This document shows positions 1 to 10,081 of a DNA stretch of 64,000 bases, piece after piece. Numbering within the stretch: position 1 is the stretch's first letter; the number at the start of each line of letters is the position of its first letter. The position numbers were made by a program, and so were the translations under genes. The stretch spans positions 930,001 to 994,000 of the forward strand of contig JAUFOR010000002.1 in assembly GCA_040285745.1 (NCBI GenBank). The letters are read 5' to 3'. Under the pieces are notes generated by a model that saw nothing but the letters and a program-made list of their open reading frames with translations, was not told the origin of the DNA and did no database searches. This stretch comes from Barthelona sp. PCE (lineage: Eukaryota).

Positions 1-665
1 GCAATGACTTCTCTTAGTGTTGGAAAACGTCTCATGTCAGGATAATACTGACCAAAACTCACACATCGGCAACGTGGATCATCATATCTGTTTGTGTGAA
101 TGTGACCATGAATGTTTATGTCACAATTCATCTGTTCAAAGAGCTGTTGCAAAAATGTAATAGTGGGACCGAACTTCTGCATATCGAAACCGTCTTCTGA
201 AAGACCAAAAATCATGTAGTGTGTAAACATAATTCTCACTCCATCAATATCCATAATAACACAGTGTGCCATCTTTGGAACATTGTTTAGTTCAAACACA
301 AGCCCGTTTTGAATGAAATGACAACCCTTAATTTGATCAATATCTGCTTTTTTCTTCAGTTTTCCTGAATTACTGATATCATGGTTCCCCTTAAGGTTAA
401 TGATAGATCCATTCAAATCACCCAAAGTATCAATGTGTGCTTTATCGTTCAAAAGGTCACCAAGATGAAATACAACTGTACTATCTTCCTTCACAGCGTT
501 GTTCCAAAAATCATACGATGCTGTACACCATTCAGTTTCTTGATAGCCATCTTCTTCCAAAATCCTTTTCCTGGGATGTTGATAGAAAACGATATCTTCT
601 TCGTGCATGTGCATATCCGCAACCATAAGTGTATCTAAAGTGATATTCAGTAATCGTTCTGTCAT
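1..665 (-). CDS. Calcineurin-like metallophosphoesterase, prokaryote/phage AQ1575 (COG4186)-like; 3' end runs off the window
   Basis: Absent from the ORF track. Manual translation from ATG at 665 is open to the window edge: MTERLLNITLDTLMVADMHMH...FWNNAVKEDSTVVFHLGDL...DLNGSIINLKGNHD...MFTHY...INIHGHIH. It shows all five metallophosphoesterase motifs (DxH, GD, GNHD, H, GHxH). Confidence 0.85.
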   Translation of the reverse strand, partial: MTERLLNITLDTLMVADMHMHEEDIVFYQHPRKRILEEDGYQETEWCTASYDFWNNAVKEDSTVVFHLGDLLNDKAHIDTLGDLNGSIINLKGNHDISNSGKLKKKADIDQIKGCHFIQNGLVFELNNVPKMAHCVIMDIDGVRIMFTHYMIFGLSEDGFDMQKFGPTITFLQQLFEQMNCDINIHGHIHTNRYDDPRCRCVSFGQYYPDMRRFPTLREVI

Positions 666-1045
666 ATGAGTTAGCTTTTTAATCTACGCTTGTTTAAATG
701 TGAAAAAGAAGAGAATCTTTAAAGTAAGAGAATATAGGATTGGCATCACTCAAGCTTTTTGTCTTTTAAATGGACCAAACTGAATGGAAGATGTTCCAAG
801 TAGAACACCACCCTTACATGTGTTATGAAATAAGAAGTTATGTCAATTACATTTCAATTTCAGTCCACTGTTTTTTTTTATAGTTTATGAGTGTTTATTG
901 AATAAGAGTAATCATATTTGCGGCATGTAGTGCGATCAATGAAGTTGATATAGTTTTTAACATGGTAGCTGATATAGCTTTTGGAATAGTAACTCGTTCC
1001 AACTTTTTAACCTATTTATACATTTGAATACGTTTCATTTCACAC

Positions 1046-1813
1046 ATGGAAGCGAAAGAAGAAAATGTGGGGCTTAGCAATGCAAATTTTGAAGAACAAT
1101 ACGTAGCTGATGTTTATAAGTCAATATCTCATCATTTTAACAGCACAAGGAGACAGCATAAGTGGCTACTGGTTCGCAACTTTCTCGATTCACTTGATTT
1201 TGGCAGCACAGTTATTGATGTAGGATGTGGAAATGGGAAATATCTAGATTTTCCCAATTTGCATATGTTTGGCTTTGATTTAACGGAAGACCTTCTATTC
1301 CACGCCCAAAAGCTCGGTGCCAGCGCCCATAAGGCTAACTGTTTGTCTGTACCAGTTCGCCAGAACCATTTTTGTGCAGCCATTTGTATCGCTGTTATTC
1401 ATCATCTAAGCTCTGTAGAAAACCGGATACAGGCGTTAACACAAATTGCAAGAGCGCTAGCACCAGGCGGGCGTGCATGTTTATGTTGTTGGGCTTTTGA
1501 GAATAACCCCAAGAGGATAAAAGGTGAGAAAAATGGAAATTGGAGACCAATCCCACCCAGTGAAGGAGGATGTCCAGGCGATTACTATGTTGACTGGCAC
1601 CTTGATGAGAGATATACCAAACACAGGGTTAAGGAAGCGCAGGAGTTGCCACATAAGGGTAGAGAGCGTGTTCGTTTTACTCGTTACTATCATTTATTCA
1701 TTGAAAATGAGTTGAAGGAACTTTGCTCGCACGTGGAAGACATCGACCAGGATTCGGTGGAAGAGGTATTTGATCAAGATAATTGGTATCTATACTTTAG
1801 TAAACAGAAGTAG
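1046..1813 (+). CDS. TRM9: tRNA wobble-uridine carboxymethyl methyltransferase (Trm9/ALKBH8 methyltransferase domain)
   Basis: EEQYVADVYKSISHHFNSTR, SAM motif DVGCGNGKY, IAVIHHL and RYYHLF are typical of Trm9. Confidence 0.9.
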   Translation: MEAKEENVGLSNANFEEQYVADVYKSISHHFNSTRRQHKWLLVRNFLDSLDFGSTVIDVGCGNGKYLDFPNLHMFGFDLTEDLLFHAQKLGASAHKANCLSVPVRQNHFCAAICIAVIHHLSSVENRIQALTQIARALAPGGRACLCCWAFENNPKRIKGEKNGNWRPIPPSEGGCPGDYYVDWHLDERYTKHRVKEAQELPHKGRERVRFTRYYHLFIENELKELCSHVEDIDQDSVEEVFDQDNWYLYFSKQK

Positions 1814-1869
1814 TGTTTTTTCATAATCATCCTTTAACATTGTTTTTTTTATTATTGCACGTTGTTTAA

Positions 1870-4800
1870 ATGAGGGAAATTGTCGTTTCCATCTCGGATG
1901 ACAATGTAGTTAGCCTCAAAAAGAGGTCTAACATTATTTTGCAACACAATTGTGATTTTGATGTTCTGGATTACGATTTCTTTTACTCCAAGCATTATTC
2001 TGACACGTTTTTAGTCATTGTGGGCTCGGGGGTAATAGAATTTGTGGGTTTGGAATCGAGCAATGTCTTATCAGTTCAATTGCAGAAATACGGTGAGGTA
2101 AGCGCTGTTCATGTATGCGACCCACAGGGCAACCAGCAGATTGTAATGATCCAAGTGAATGAACAAGTGTTAATTATTGAGGATTTGCACACTGAACCAT
2201 TTTATTCTTTTCCATCGGCACAGTATCGTATGGTATATGCATGCGATAACATCGTGCTTTACCAGTCGGGCCACAGTCTCACCATTGGGATTGTGGAGTA
2301 TATTGATGAAACATCAAAGTATACTTGCAGAACAACTTTTTCATTTCAGGTTCCTGAGACCCTTGATACATTTGCATTTCCGGATGGTTTTGTGCTGTTC
2401 AAATCCCCCCGCCACGCAGAAGAGTGCGATTCAGCAGTCATTGTTGAAGAACTATCGTTAGTTATTGCTTCGTCTTGGTGCTCAACGGATTATACTGTCT
2501 TTTTGCACCTTTCTGACGGTGCAGATGAGAGTGCACAGCTTCTTATCGATGGCAAGAACAACTTCATCCAGACTGATGGAGTGGTATGGCCGCTCTCGAA
2601 CGGAGTCAAGATTTTTACGGAGAAAGTGCAGATTATATCGTTCTTTGAGCAATCTTCACTGGAGGTGCTGCTTATGTGCTCAAAAGATGAGCATGATGCT
2701 TTCAGGAGGGGTCAGGCACTTAATACGTACGATGTCTCAAGCATAACAGAGTACATTAGCTGTGAGATTTCGTTTGAGGAGTGTATCCGCAAGTTTTGCA
2801 CCGCAAATTCTCGCTTCATATACCCGCTACTATTGCAGACGCTGTTATTTTTCTCTGATCGATACGAGTGGATGGTTTCGGTGTTGGGTGTGTGTCTTCC
2901 AGTTGTTGAGCTTTTCGATGCCCCCACTCTGTTCACGATCTCACCCACATGTCCTCTTCTCCCAACGTGCCCTTTAGCTATTCTTTTGATGCTAGCTCAT
3001 GGAGCTTATGGGTTTGAGGAGAAGGTATCAGTCAGTGGACTTGAACCTCCAGGTTTTTTTGATAGAAAAACAGCACATCGTATCTTAAGCAATGTGAGTC
3101 CCGCTCCATCTCCATCTCCAAACCCACGTATGTGGCTGAAGACACCAGATGGAATGTCGCCCATGCTAAGAACGCCAATTCCGACACCAATTTTGGCACA
3201 AGGACTGGGCATTTCAGGAACTCCAATGTCCACAACGCTTTTGGAGGAGCACCCATACATGCAATTGCAGGCTAGCGGCAGTATGAGCTGCGTAAGTATG
3301 ATTAAGGTCGAATCGCTCAATTATTTACTGGCTCAGGTTGCACCCTGTTTTAGAAGACACTTACGCAGGTTCATTGAGGGATTTATTGATAGGATAAACT
3401 ACCAAGCGGGCGGCAGTGTACTTAGATTGATACCCGAAAAGCGAATGAGTCTACCACTCGTAGCTTCAGTTGTCGGAGATGATCCGCTAGGTCTTTCACC
3501 CGAGCTCTTCGGCGTGGAACGTGTGTCTTTCAACGACCCGCTTGTCAAAAGGTTGTTGGATGTCTATGGGTTGTTCCAGTTGTCTAAAAGAATCATTGTC
3601 TACGTTGATGATCTTAATGTATCTGATATTGTGGCCGAATCTCTTGGCGTCTTTGATACCGAGAGCGTGTGTCGAGCGTATTCAGGAATTGCACTTACGT
3701 ACATGTTTGCATTCAGTAAGACCGCTACATCTGTTGATACTATTTCCGTGCCTGATATTGTTTTTGACGGGGCACTGTACCAACGGAATGACAAATCAGG
3801 CAATAATTTGCGTATAAATATGGCTGATGATGGAAAGGATGACTATGCCACGTCATCACAAAGTTTCAAGAACATTTCAAAGATTTTGGCTAGTATGGTT
3901 GGTACTGCTTCGCTTAATTCTGCACAGTCTAAGCTAACACGCAGTTGGTTAATCGCAAATATAAGAGCACCGGAATTATTCTTTACTGCTCCCGAACCAT
4001 ACGATGACTACACACGTGCTGGACTATGGCTTGGCTTGGGATTGGGCAAGCACTTGAACGCGTTCACAGCGAAGGAGGCAGGCCACCTGATCAGGGGCAT
4101 GGAAGACCCGTTCGAGATTGGATGTGCGATTTTTGGCTTGGCTCTGTCTGGAGGTTTCACTTTTGAAGTGCTTTTGGACAAGGAGCTCCGTAGCAGATCC
4201 CTTGAGTTGAACAATGCTAGTATCCACGTAGACTATGCCAAGGGGTTTGCCCTGGTTATGTCGATAATTTCTTGCGCGCTCGTCCACCGAGAACTCGGGA
4301 GCTACATGTTAGCCGAACGACTTATCTCGATGCAGTCACTTTCTCAAAATAACAATATGGTTAACATCACACAATATAGTGCTGCCATCGGTATATCTGC
4401 AGCTTGTGTAGCATCTCCCCAGTATTCCACGAGAAAACAACGAGAGCACATTGCATTTGACAGAGTCAGCTCAACTTTCATTGATAATTTGATGCACCCC
4501 ACGCACAGCACAGGCATCATGTCCCTTTCGGGAATGATTGTGTTTGCACTTCACAATGTACCCATTTGTTCCCTATCTCATCTCGTTAATCCGAGGCAGA
4601 ACAACTACATGATGAAATTGTATGGAGTATATGAGGGCCTGTGGTTTATGAGGAATATAAGGACTTGGAAACCAGTATCTGTGCTTTTCTCCGAATACTG
4701 CGAATTGATGCGTATTGAACTTGATGGGTCATCCGAGAAGAGCTTCAAAGTCGGTTTCTTACTGGCATTTGCTCTTTTGAACATTGGTGTTCTTTCTAAC

Positions 4801-5361
4801 GTTAATGGTGAGGCAAGATTTTCTGAAAACAAGAGGTCATTGATTACCAAGGATGTTTTCTCTATTTACTCGGAGCTTGGTGGAGGAACAAAGGTGGACG
4901 ATGTGCAACAGGCGCTTTCTCTCACAGCTTTGTCGATCATGTTCATTGGCGATGTAAGTTCACGTGTTGTCTCGATGGCTCTAGCTGCAGATACCTCCAA
5001 GAAACCTCTTAATCGTGTATTATTGTTGAACTCGCTTACTTTAAGTTTTTGTTGTTATCGCGCTTCATACACACGCATGGTTGTCCCAAAGAATACATTA
5101 CAGAATGCTTTGAACATATTCCTGTCATGTCTTCCTGCCATTGTGCCATTTGGAACTGGTGCTGCTGACGGAACGAGCGTGTTTCCAGTGCTCTTTCCAT
5201 TATGTACGTTATCGTTGACATGTGATTGCATTGACTATAGCAGGCCCACAGACGAGAGTGTCAGAAGCGGGTTGTTTAAACCAGACGTTGCTCCTTTTTT
5301 CGTTCCATTTTTGAACGAAATGGAAGGTGAGGAAAAGGCCCGTAATTCACTTTTTGTGTGA
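1870..5361 (+). CDS. APC1: Divergent, shortened anaphase-promoting complex subunit 1-like protein
   Basis: LTRSWLIANI...AGLWLGLGLGKHL resembles the start of the Apc1 PC-repeat region (SWIxxN...AGFLxxLGLNGHL). It is followed by helical G/A-rich repeats and preceded by a beta-rich N-terminus. Confidence 0.6.
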   Translation: MREIVVSISDDNVVSLKKRSNIILQHNCDFDVLDYDFFYSKHYSDTFLVIVGSGVIEFVGLESSNVLSVQLQKYGEVSAVHVCDPQGNQQIVMIQVNEQVLIIEDLHTEPFYSFPSAQYRMVYACDNIVLYQSGHSLTIGIVEYIDETSKYTCRTTFSFQVPETLDTFAFPDGFVLFKSPRHAEECDSAVIVEELSLVIASSWCSTDYTVFLHLSDGADESAQLLIDGKNNFIQTDGVVWPLSNGVKIFTEKVQIISFFEQSSLEVLLMCSKDEHDAFRRGQALNTYDVSSITEYISCEISFEECIRKFCTANSRFIYPLLLQTLLFFSDRYEWMVSVLGVCLPVVELFDAPTLFTISPTCPLLPTCPLAILLMLAHGAYGFEEKVSVSGLEPPGFFDRKTAHRILSNVSPAPSPSPNPRMWLKTPDGMSPMLRTPIPTPILAQGLGISGTPMSTTLLEEHPYMQLQASGSMSCVSMIKVESLNYLLAQVAPCFRRHLRRFIEGFIDRINYQAGGSVLRLIPEKRMSLPLVASVVGDDPLGLSPELFGVERVSFNDPLVKRLLDVYGLFQLSKRIIVYVDDLNVSDIVAESLGVFDTESVCRAYSGIALTYMFAFSKTATSVDTISVPDIVFDGALYQRNDKSGNNLRINMADDGKDDYATSSQSFKNISKILASMVGTASLNSAQSKLTRSWLIANIRAPELFFTAPEPYDDYTRAGLWLGLGLGKHLNAFTAKEAGHLIRGMEDPFEIGCAIFGLALSGGFTFEVLLDKELRSRSLELNNASIHVDYAKGFALVMSIISCALVHRELGSYMLAERLISMQSLSQNNNMVNITQYSAAIGISAACVASPQYSTRKQREHIAFDRVSSTFIDNLMHPTHSTGIMSLSGMIVFALHNVPICSLSHLVNPRQNNYMMKLYGVYEGLWFMRNIRTWKPVSVLFSEYCELMRIELDGSSEKSFKVGFLLAFALLNIGVLSNVNGEARFSENKRSLITKDVFSIYSELGGGTKVDDVQQALSLTALSIMFIGDVSSRVVSMALAADTSKKPLNRVLLLNSLTLSFCCYRASYTRMVVPKNTLQNALNIFLSCLPAIVPFGTGAADGTSVFPVLFPLCTLSLTCDCIDYSRPTDESVRSGLFKPDVAPFFVPFLNEMEGEEKARNSLFV

Positions 5362-5721
5362 TTGAAGTATTGTAAATAATAGTGTATTGGTGTGTGCGTT
5401 ACTTTTGGTAAAATCAAGCCATAAATGAGCATTGTTTCCAATATTTTGGAATATTAACGTTTGAGGACATTGATTTTATTTTTCTTCCTTGCTTGTTTCA
5501 TTATGACGTACATCGGTGCCTTGACGCGCACAAAAAGCCGGTTTTAGTAGCTATATGATAGAAATAGATGATGTGCTTGTAGAAAGCGATACACTGAGAT
5601 TACTTGTGTTTAGGTTATGTTAAATGATACATTCAAATGATTAAACACCAGGAAATATCGATAATGATTGCTTTACTTGCTAATTTTTTTTGTTCCTTTT
5701 CCAGCAAGTTTTTTTCAAACA

Positions 5722-6503
5722 ATGGGTTTATTAGGTAGAAGGGAGTCCCCCGAACGTATGTGCTTCATGCTTCTAACACATTTGAATATCAGTTTGCATT
5801 GAGATTTTGTTATAAAATCTAATTTCTCAAATATGACGATCCAATATCGGCAAAAACTCTAATTTTACTTTATATTCAATGTGTATGGTTGTTAAGATGT
5901 ATCTAATATTTAGAAATGTTGAGAAATCAAAAACGTACAATTGATCGTGCTATTCGTGATATCGATCGTGAAAGAAGTCGTATGCAAACAGGTGAAGCTC
6001 GAACAATGAACGAGATCAAGCGTCTTGTTCGTCAAGGACAAGCAGACGCTGCAAAAGTTCTTGCAAAGGATTTGGTTAGGCAACGTCATCAAGTTAAGAA
6101 GTTCTACAAAATGAAAACACAGCTTACTGCAGTCAGTCTCCGATTGACTACACTCAAATCCACAGCTGCTTTAGGCGGTGTTATGCGTTCATGTGCAACG
6201 GCCATGAGCAGAATGAACAAATCCATCAACCTCCCCAAGTTGCAGAGGATCATGATGGAGTTCGAGCGTCAGTCAGAGGTTATGGACATGAAGGATGAGA
6301 TGATGCAGGATACTGTTGATGACATTTTTGATGAAGAAGATGAATCTGAAGAGGTTGATGAGACCCTGAGTGCTGTTTTCGCCGAGATTGGTCTGGACCT
6401 GGATGACAAGAACAAGACAGGAACGACCGTCGGTGCTCAGCCAGTTGCTGTTGGTGTAGATGCTGACCTGGAGAGCCGTCTCAACTCTCTACGTAAGAAC
6501 TAG
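5722..6503 (+). CDS. VPS2: ESCRT-III subunit Vps2/CHMP2A; two exons (5722-5755, 5914-6503), 207 aa
   Basis: Splicing gives MGLLGRRESPEQMLRNQKRTIDRAIRDIDRER, matching the CHMP2A N-terminus. AKDLVR, MEFERQSEVMDMKDEMM and the C-terminal MIM1-like DLESRLNSLR are also present. Confidence 0.93.
5756..5913 (+). other. Spliceosomal intron, 158 nt, phase 1
   Basis: GTATGT...CTAATATTTAG; removal restores the frame and the conserved Vps2 N-terminus. Confidence 0.9.
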
Positions 6504-6558
6504 TGATCATATTGTTAATTGTAAATAGATTGATTTGTTAATTGATTTTACACATTGC

Positions 6559-8421
6559 TCACATGTTCAGTTTCTCCAGAATACTTTCTTCAAGTAAAGC
6601 ATACTTTTGCAGCATTTCTTGTTCATTGACATCAAATAGCGTCAATTCATCCACACTTAGGTCTAAACTCTCACTGAGCTCCTGTAATTCGGGAGCTATG
6701 ACGCTATGTCTCCTCTTCTGCTTCGCTTCAATATCCACCGCTTCTTCTTCTTCCTCTTCAAGCTCCTTCTCCTTAGTTTGCTTGTATTTAGTAATCTCTG
6801 TATTGATGAAATTAACTCCCTCAATCTCTCTATCCAAAAACGAAACGCAATTTTCTGTTTTCATCATTGGCATCTCCTTAATGAATACCTGTCCACCCTG
6901 TCCACCAAATAGGACCGAGTTGGTTGCTTTATCAACACAAAGTGAAACAATGGAATCGACTGAGACGGATTGTGTAAAAACTGGTTCGGAAACACTGTTG
7001 AGCACGTTCCAGACTTCCACAACACCATCTATGCGACAGAGCATGAATACCATACCGCCAAGCAGCGCGCCTACCGTATATCTAATGTAGTTCTGTTGTG
7101 GTGTGATTCTGTATAGCAACGTGTCCTTGTACAGAACACTGGCGCACATATCAGTGACCACAAGCATAACATCATTGTTTTCCTGCCCGTATGACACACA
7201 GTTGATACTGGATGACTTGTTAATAACGAGTGTGCTCATTTGAGCTGGGGTAGGCAACAGTGAACGGTCTTCTTTCGTATCTCTCACTTCAACTCTGCTA
7301 ATCTTACCCTTGAACACTTCTCCACGGTCAGTGCCAAATACCCACATACTGGGAACTCCTTTTTTATACTCAATGTGAACTGTGGATGTGAACACCAACT
7401 GACGAAGATTCGCAGGCGATGCCTTCCTCGACGGGATGACGGGGGCTGGTTTCCACACCATGAAAGAGCACACTGGCCGTCTGAGATCGTCCATGTTCCA
7501 GAAATGGATAGTTCCATCGTTGCTGCACGACACAAAGAACTTCTGCTCTTCATCCTTCTGCAGTGGAATAAAAGTCCCGTCTGAAATGACTGCGCATTCC
7601 AGGAGAGCAACGTCCGTGATCGGCTGCGTGTGGCCAGTGTCCAGCTTAGACTCCTGTTGGGGGAGGGTCACCTTCTCCCATGAGCTCTTCTTTTGGTTCT
7701 CCAGGTCAAAGACGACAACCTGTCCGTTGCTGAGCCCAGCAATGATGTTCCTCTTGTTAGGGTGCACACGGAATACTTCCACATCACCGAGAGCAGCCAG
7801 GATTCTGCTAACATTCATCTCACCAAGTTTCCAAACCAGGATGTAACTCAGTGTTGGGATACTACATCTCTTGCTATACTCATTCCAGTCATCGTTTCTT
7901 ATGACAGTGTACATGATGGTGTCTCCGCACCTTTCAATGTGCGAAACGACACCGGGGACATCGAGATCGCTTATGCTATCAATGTTTTTCAACTCTGACT
8001 GTGTGCTCATGAGCAGCTCGTCTTCGATCTCCTTCGGAAGCAAACGTAGGTAGTAAGTCTGTGTAAAATCACTTTCTTGAATTGCGTCAGAAAGTTTGGA
8101 CGCGGACTTCTTGAAGAAATCTATTTTGTTGAGTAAACCTTCCTCAGTGCCCTCCGGGATATCCACGCAAGGTGAAGATTGGATCGCCTTATTCTTCTTC
8201 AAGTACCAAATGGTTTGAGCAGATTGGTCTTGCAATGTGGGAACGCCTTGGATTGCTTTGTCCACCTGCATGGCCGATAGCTTGAATCTGACATCTTTTC
8301 TCTGTCTCTCATCATGGAATATCTCAGAAGCAGATTTATCTGAAAGTTCTACGCTTGTTGGAAATGATCTCACCTTCCTAGATAGCTGGAAGGAGATGGG
8401 CGGTCTTGTGGTTGCTGACAT
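6559..8421 (-). CDS. WD40 axonemal dynein intermediate chain (WDR63/DNAI3/IC140-like)
   Basis: VFRVHPNKRNIIAGLSNGQVVVFD, GHTQPITDV and FVSCSNDGTIHFW WD repeats, with a C-terminal coiled coil. First ATG is at 8421. Confidence 0.7.
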   Translation of the reverse strand: MSATTRPPISFQLSRKVRSFPTSVELSDKSASEIFHDERQRKDVRFKLSAMQVDKAIQGVPTLQDQSAQTIWYLKKNKAIQSSPCVDIPEGTEEGLLNKIDFFKKSASKLSDAIQESDFTQTYYLRLLPKEIEDELLMSTQSELKNIDSISDLDVPGVVSHIERCGDTIMYTVIRNDDWNEYSKRCSIPTLSYILVWKLGEMNVSRILAALGDVEVFRVHPNKRNIIAGLSNGQVVVFDLENQKKSSWEKVTLPQQESKLDTGHTQPITDVALLECAVISDGTFIPLQKDEEQKFFVSCSNDGTIHFWNMDDLRRPVCSFMVWKPAPVIPSRKASPANLRQLVFTSTVHIEYKKGVPSMWVFGTDRGEVFKGKISRVEVRDTKEDRSLLPTPAQMSTLVINKSSSINCVSYGQENNDVMLVVTDMCASVLYKDTLLYRITPQQNYIRYTVGALLGGMVFMLCRIDGVVEVWNVLNSVSEPVFTQSVSVDSIVSLCVDKATNSVLFGGQGGQVFIKEMPMMKTENCVSFLDREIEGVNFINTEITKYKQTKEKELEEEEEEAVDIEAKQKRRHSVIAPELQELSESLDLSVDELTLFDVNEQEMLQKYALLEESILEKLNM

Positions 8422-8492
8422 ATAACCGCGTCGATCTGTGAAAGGGGTTTTGAAATAAAAAACTCTTTTCACCTTTTATTTTTGACTATTAG

Positions 8493-8894
8493 ATGCTTCC
8501 TTCAAGACAAGCAAGGATAATCTCTGACAAAGCGTTTACTAGAGCAAGCTTTTCAAAGAATACTTCAAGAAAACTTAAACCTTTGCATAGCGTGGTTGAA
8601 AATGAAAAATACATAGTGCTTCCTTCACTACACGATGTTTCCGACGCAGAGACATTGGAGAAAAGCAATGAATGGGTTGCACCTGCAATGGATGAAATAG
8701 TTGATAAGAACGAAGGTATGATTCCAATTCATAGCTCATCATCCCAATATATTAACGAAGAAGATGAATTTTTTGGGATTCAACCAGAACGTCTTACTAG
8801 ATTGCATGAGTTTTTTCAATCTTCATTATTGGTTGATGATATGGAGTCATTTGTTCCGAACAGACCAGAAATATTGCAATTCTTCAGTAACTAA
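8493..8894 (+). CDS. Hypothetical protein, 133 aa
   Basis: ATG-initiated ORF filling the gap between neighbours; no recognisable motif. Confidence 0.6.
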   Translation: MLPSRQARIISDKAFTRASFSKNTSRKLKPLHSVVENEKYIVLPSLHDVSDAETLEKSNEWVAPAMDEIVDKNEGMIPIHSSSSQYINEEDEFFGIQPERLTRLHEFFQSSLLVDDMESFVPNRPEILQFFSN

Positions 8895-8977
8895 TATCTT
8901 AATAAAAGAATGTGTGTTGTTAGAAGTTTTTCCCTTCCTTTGTTTTCTGTTTTTTAAAGTTTTTGAATTTTTGTAGC

Positions 8978-9874
8978 ATGCAGGTATCATTGGGGTTTGG
9001 AAAAGTACTTCAAAGGTCGATGCGGACCATGAATAAGGAATTTGATGATATTCTTCAGGAAGCTCGCAGCATTAAGCTGTCTCGTCAAATGCAGACAAGT
9101 TCAGCACCTCTTTTGAAATATAGGAAGCAGTTAAGCGATCTGAGTGAAGATTGTAGCACATTGATTCATAGATTTCGAAATGATTCAGGTATTTACGATT
9201 TGTTATATAAAGTGTGTGATGTCTTTGAAGAAAACGAAAAGTTACTGGATCAGATGAAAGAAAAGAGGGAATACAGCAGATATTTAGAGATTCCTCGTAT
9301 TGGAATCAAAAAAACATCATTTTCAGACACATTGAGAGGTAGCAGGAAGCTTCGATCCAGGTTTTTGGTGAATGAAAATGAGAAAACAGAGAAGATAGAG
9401 TCAATAGAGAATTTCACCCAGCAAACGATTAAGAATATCGTCAAACATGAGGCTGACGATTATGTATATAAGCGGGATGAAATAGATGGTATGAGGATAC
9501 CCCCATTATTGCAACGATTTGAGAATGAAAATGAAGACAGTGATTTTGATGTAGAGGAAATTCCTTCTGAGGATGAATTGGAAGAATTTTTATTAGCTGC
9601 AAAAGCCATAGACGAGACATCCTACAACTTCCACGTTCCAGGATTCCTTAAAGAGAAGGTTAGTTTGGAAGATCTGAATCTTTATTTTTTAACACTCGTA
9701 AAGTATTGTCAAGAAATGAATGCAGCTTCTGAAGACCCTTCAGTAGATCTTTTGATCACAAAACAGGAAGTTATGTACGTTGTTCAAGATAAGAATATCT
9801 TATTAGCTCTTGTTTTACTAAAAAAGCTGAAGAGTTATGTAAGTGATGGAGCTGTTTACTATAAAATGCTGTGA
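8978..9874 (+). CDS. Putative Ska kinetochore complex subunit (Ska3/Ska1-like)
   Basis: N-terminal coiled coil and acidic linker. The C-terminal IDETSYNFHVPGFLKEKVSLEDLN...KNILLALVLLKKLKSYVSDGAVYYKM resembles the Ska1/Ska3 winged-helix microtubule-binding domain. Confidence 0.5.
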   Translation: MQVSLGFGKVLQRSMRTMNKEFDDILQEARSIKLSRQMQTSSAPLLKYRKQLSDLSEDCSTLIHRFRNDSGIYDLLYKVCDVFEENEKLLDQMKEKREYSRYLEIPRIGIKKTSFSDTLRGSRKLRSRFLVNENEKTEKIESIENFTQQTIKNIVKHEADDYVYKRDEIDGMRIPPLLQRFENENEDSDFDVEEIPSEDELEEFLLAAKAIDETSYNFHVPGFLKEKVSLEDLNLYFLTLVKYCQEMNAASEDPSVDLLITKQEVMYVVQDKNILLALVLLKKLKSYVSDGAVYYKML

Positions 9875-10081
9875 GGCGAACATAATAAAGGTATATAACT
9901 TATTTAAGGAATGAATGTGGTAGAAATTGTGATATTAAGGTAAGGATTCGTCTATTGATACTTTGACCTATTCAAAGGCTTCAATCGTCTTTGTATACCC
10001 CCAATAAAAGAGAGCATTGCGTATTAAGGTGAAGATAAGCTTCTTTTCTGATTTCTACTTTCTTTCAAGTATTTCGAACAG

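Noticed and set aside
5500-5650. Weak C/D-like boxes and GTGTTTA/TAAACAC inverted repeat upstream of VPS2
   Set aside because: Boxes are degenerate and the stem is plausible by chance in AT-rich DNA.
8888-8976. Possible GT...AG intron joining the 8493 and 8978 ORFs
   Set aside because: Splicing enters a frame that stops quickly, and the donor is not GTATG.
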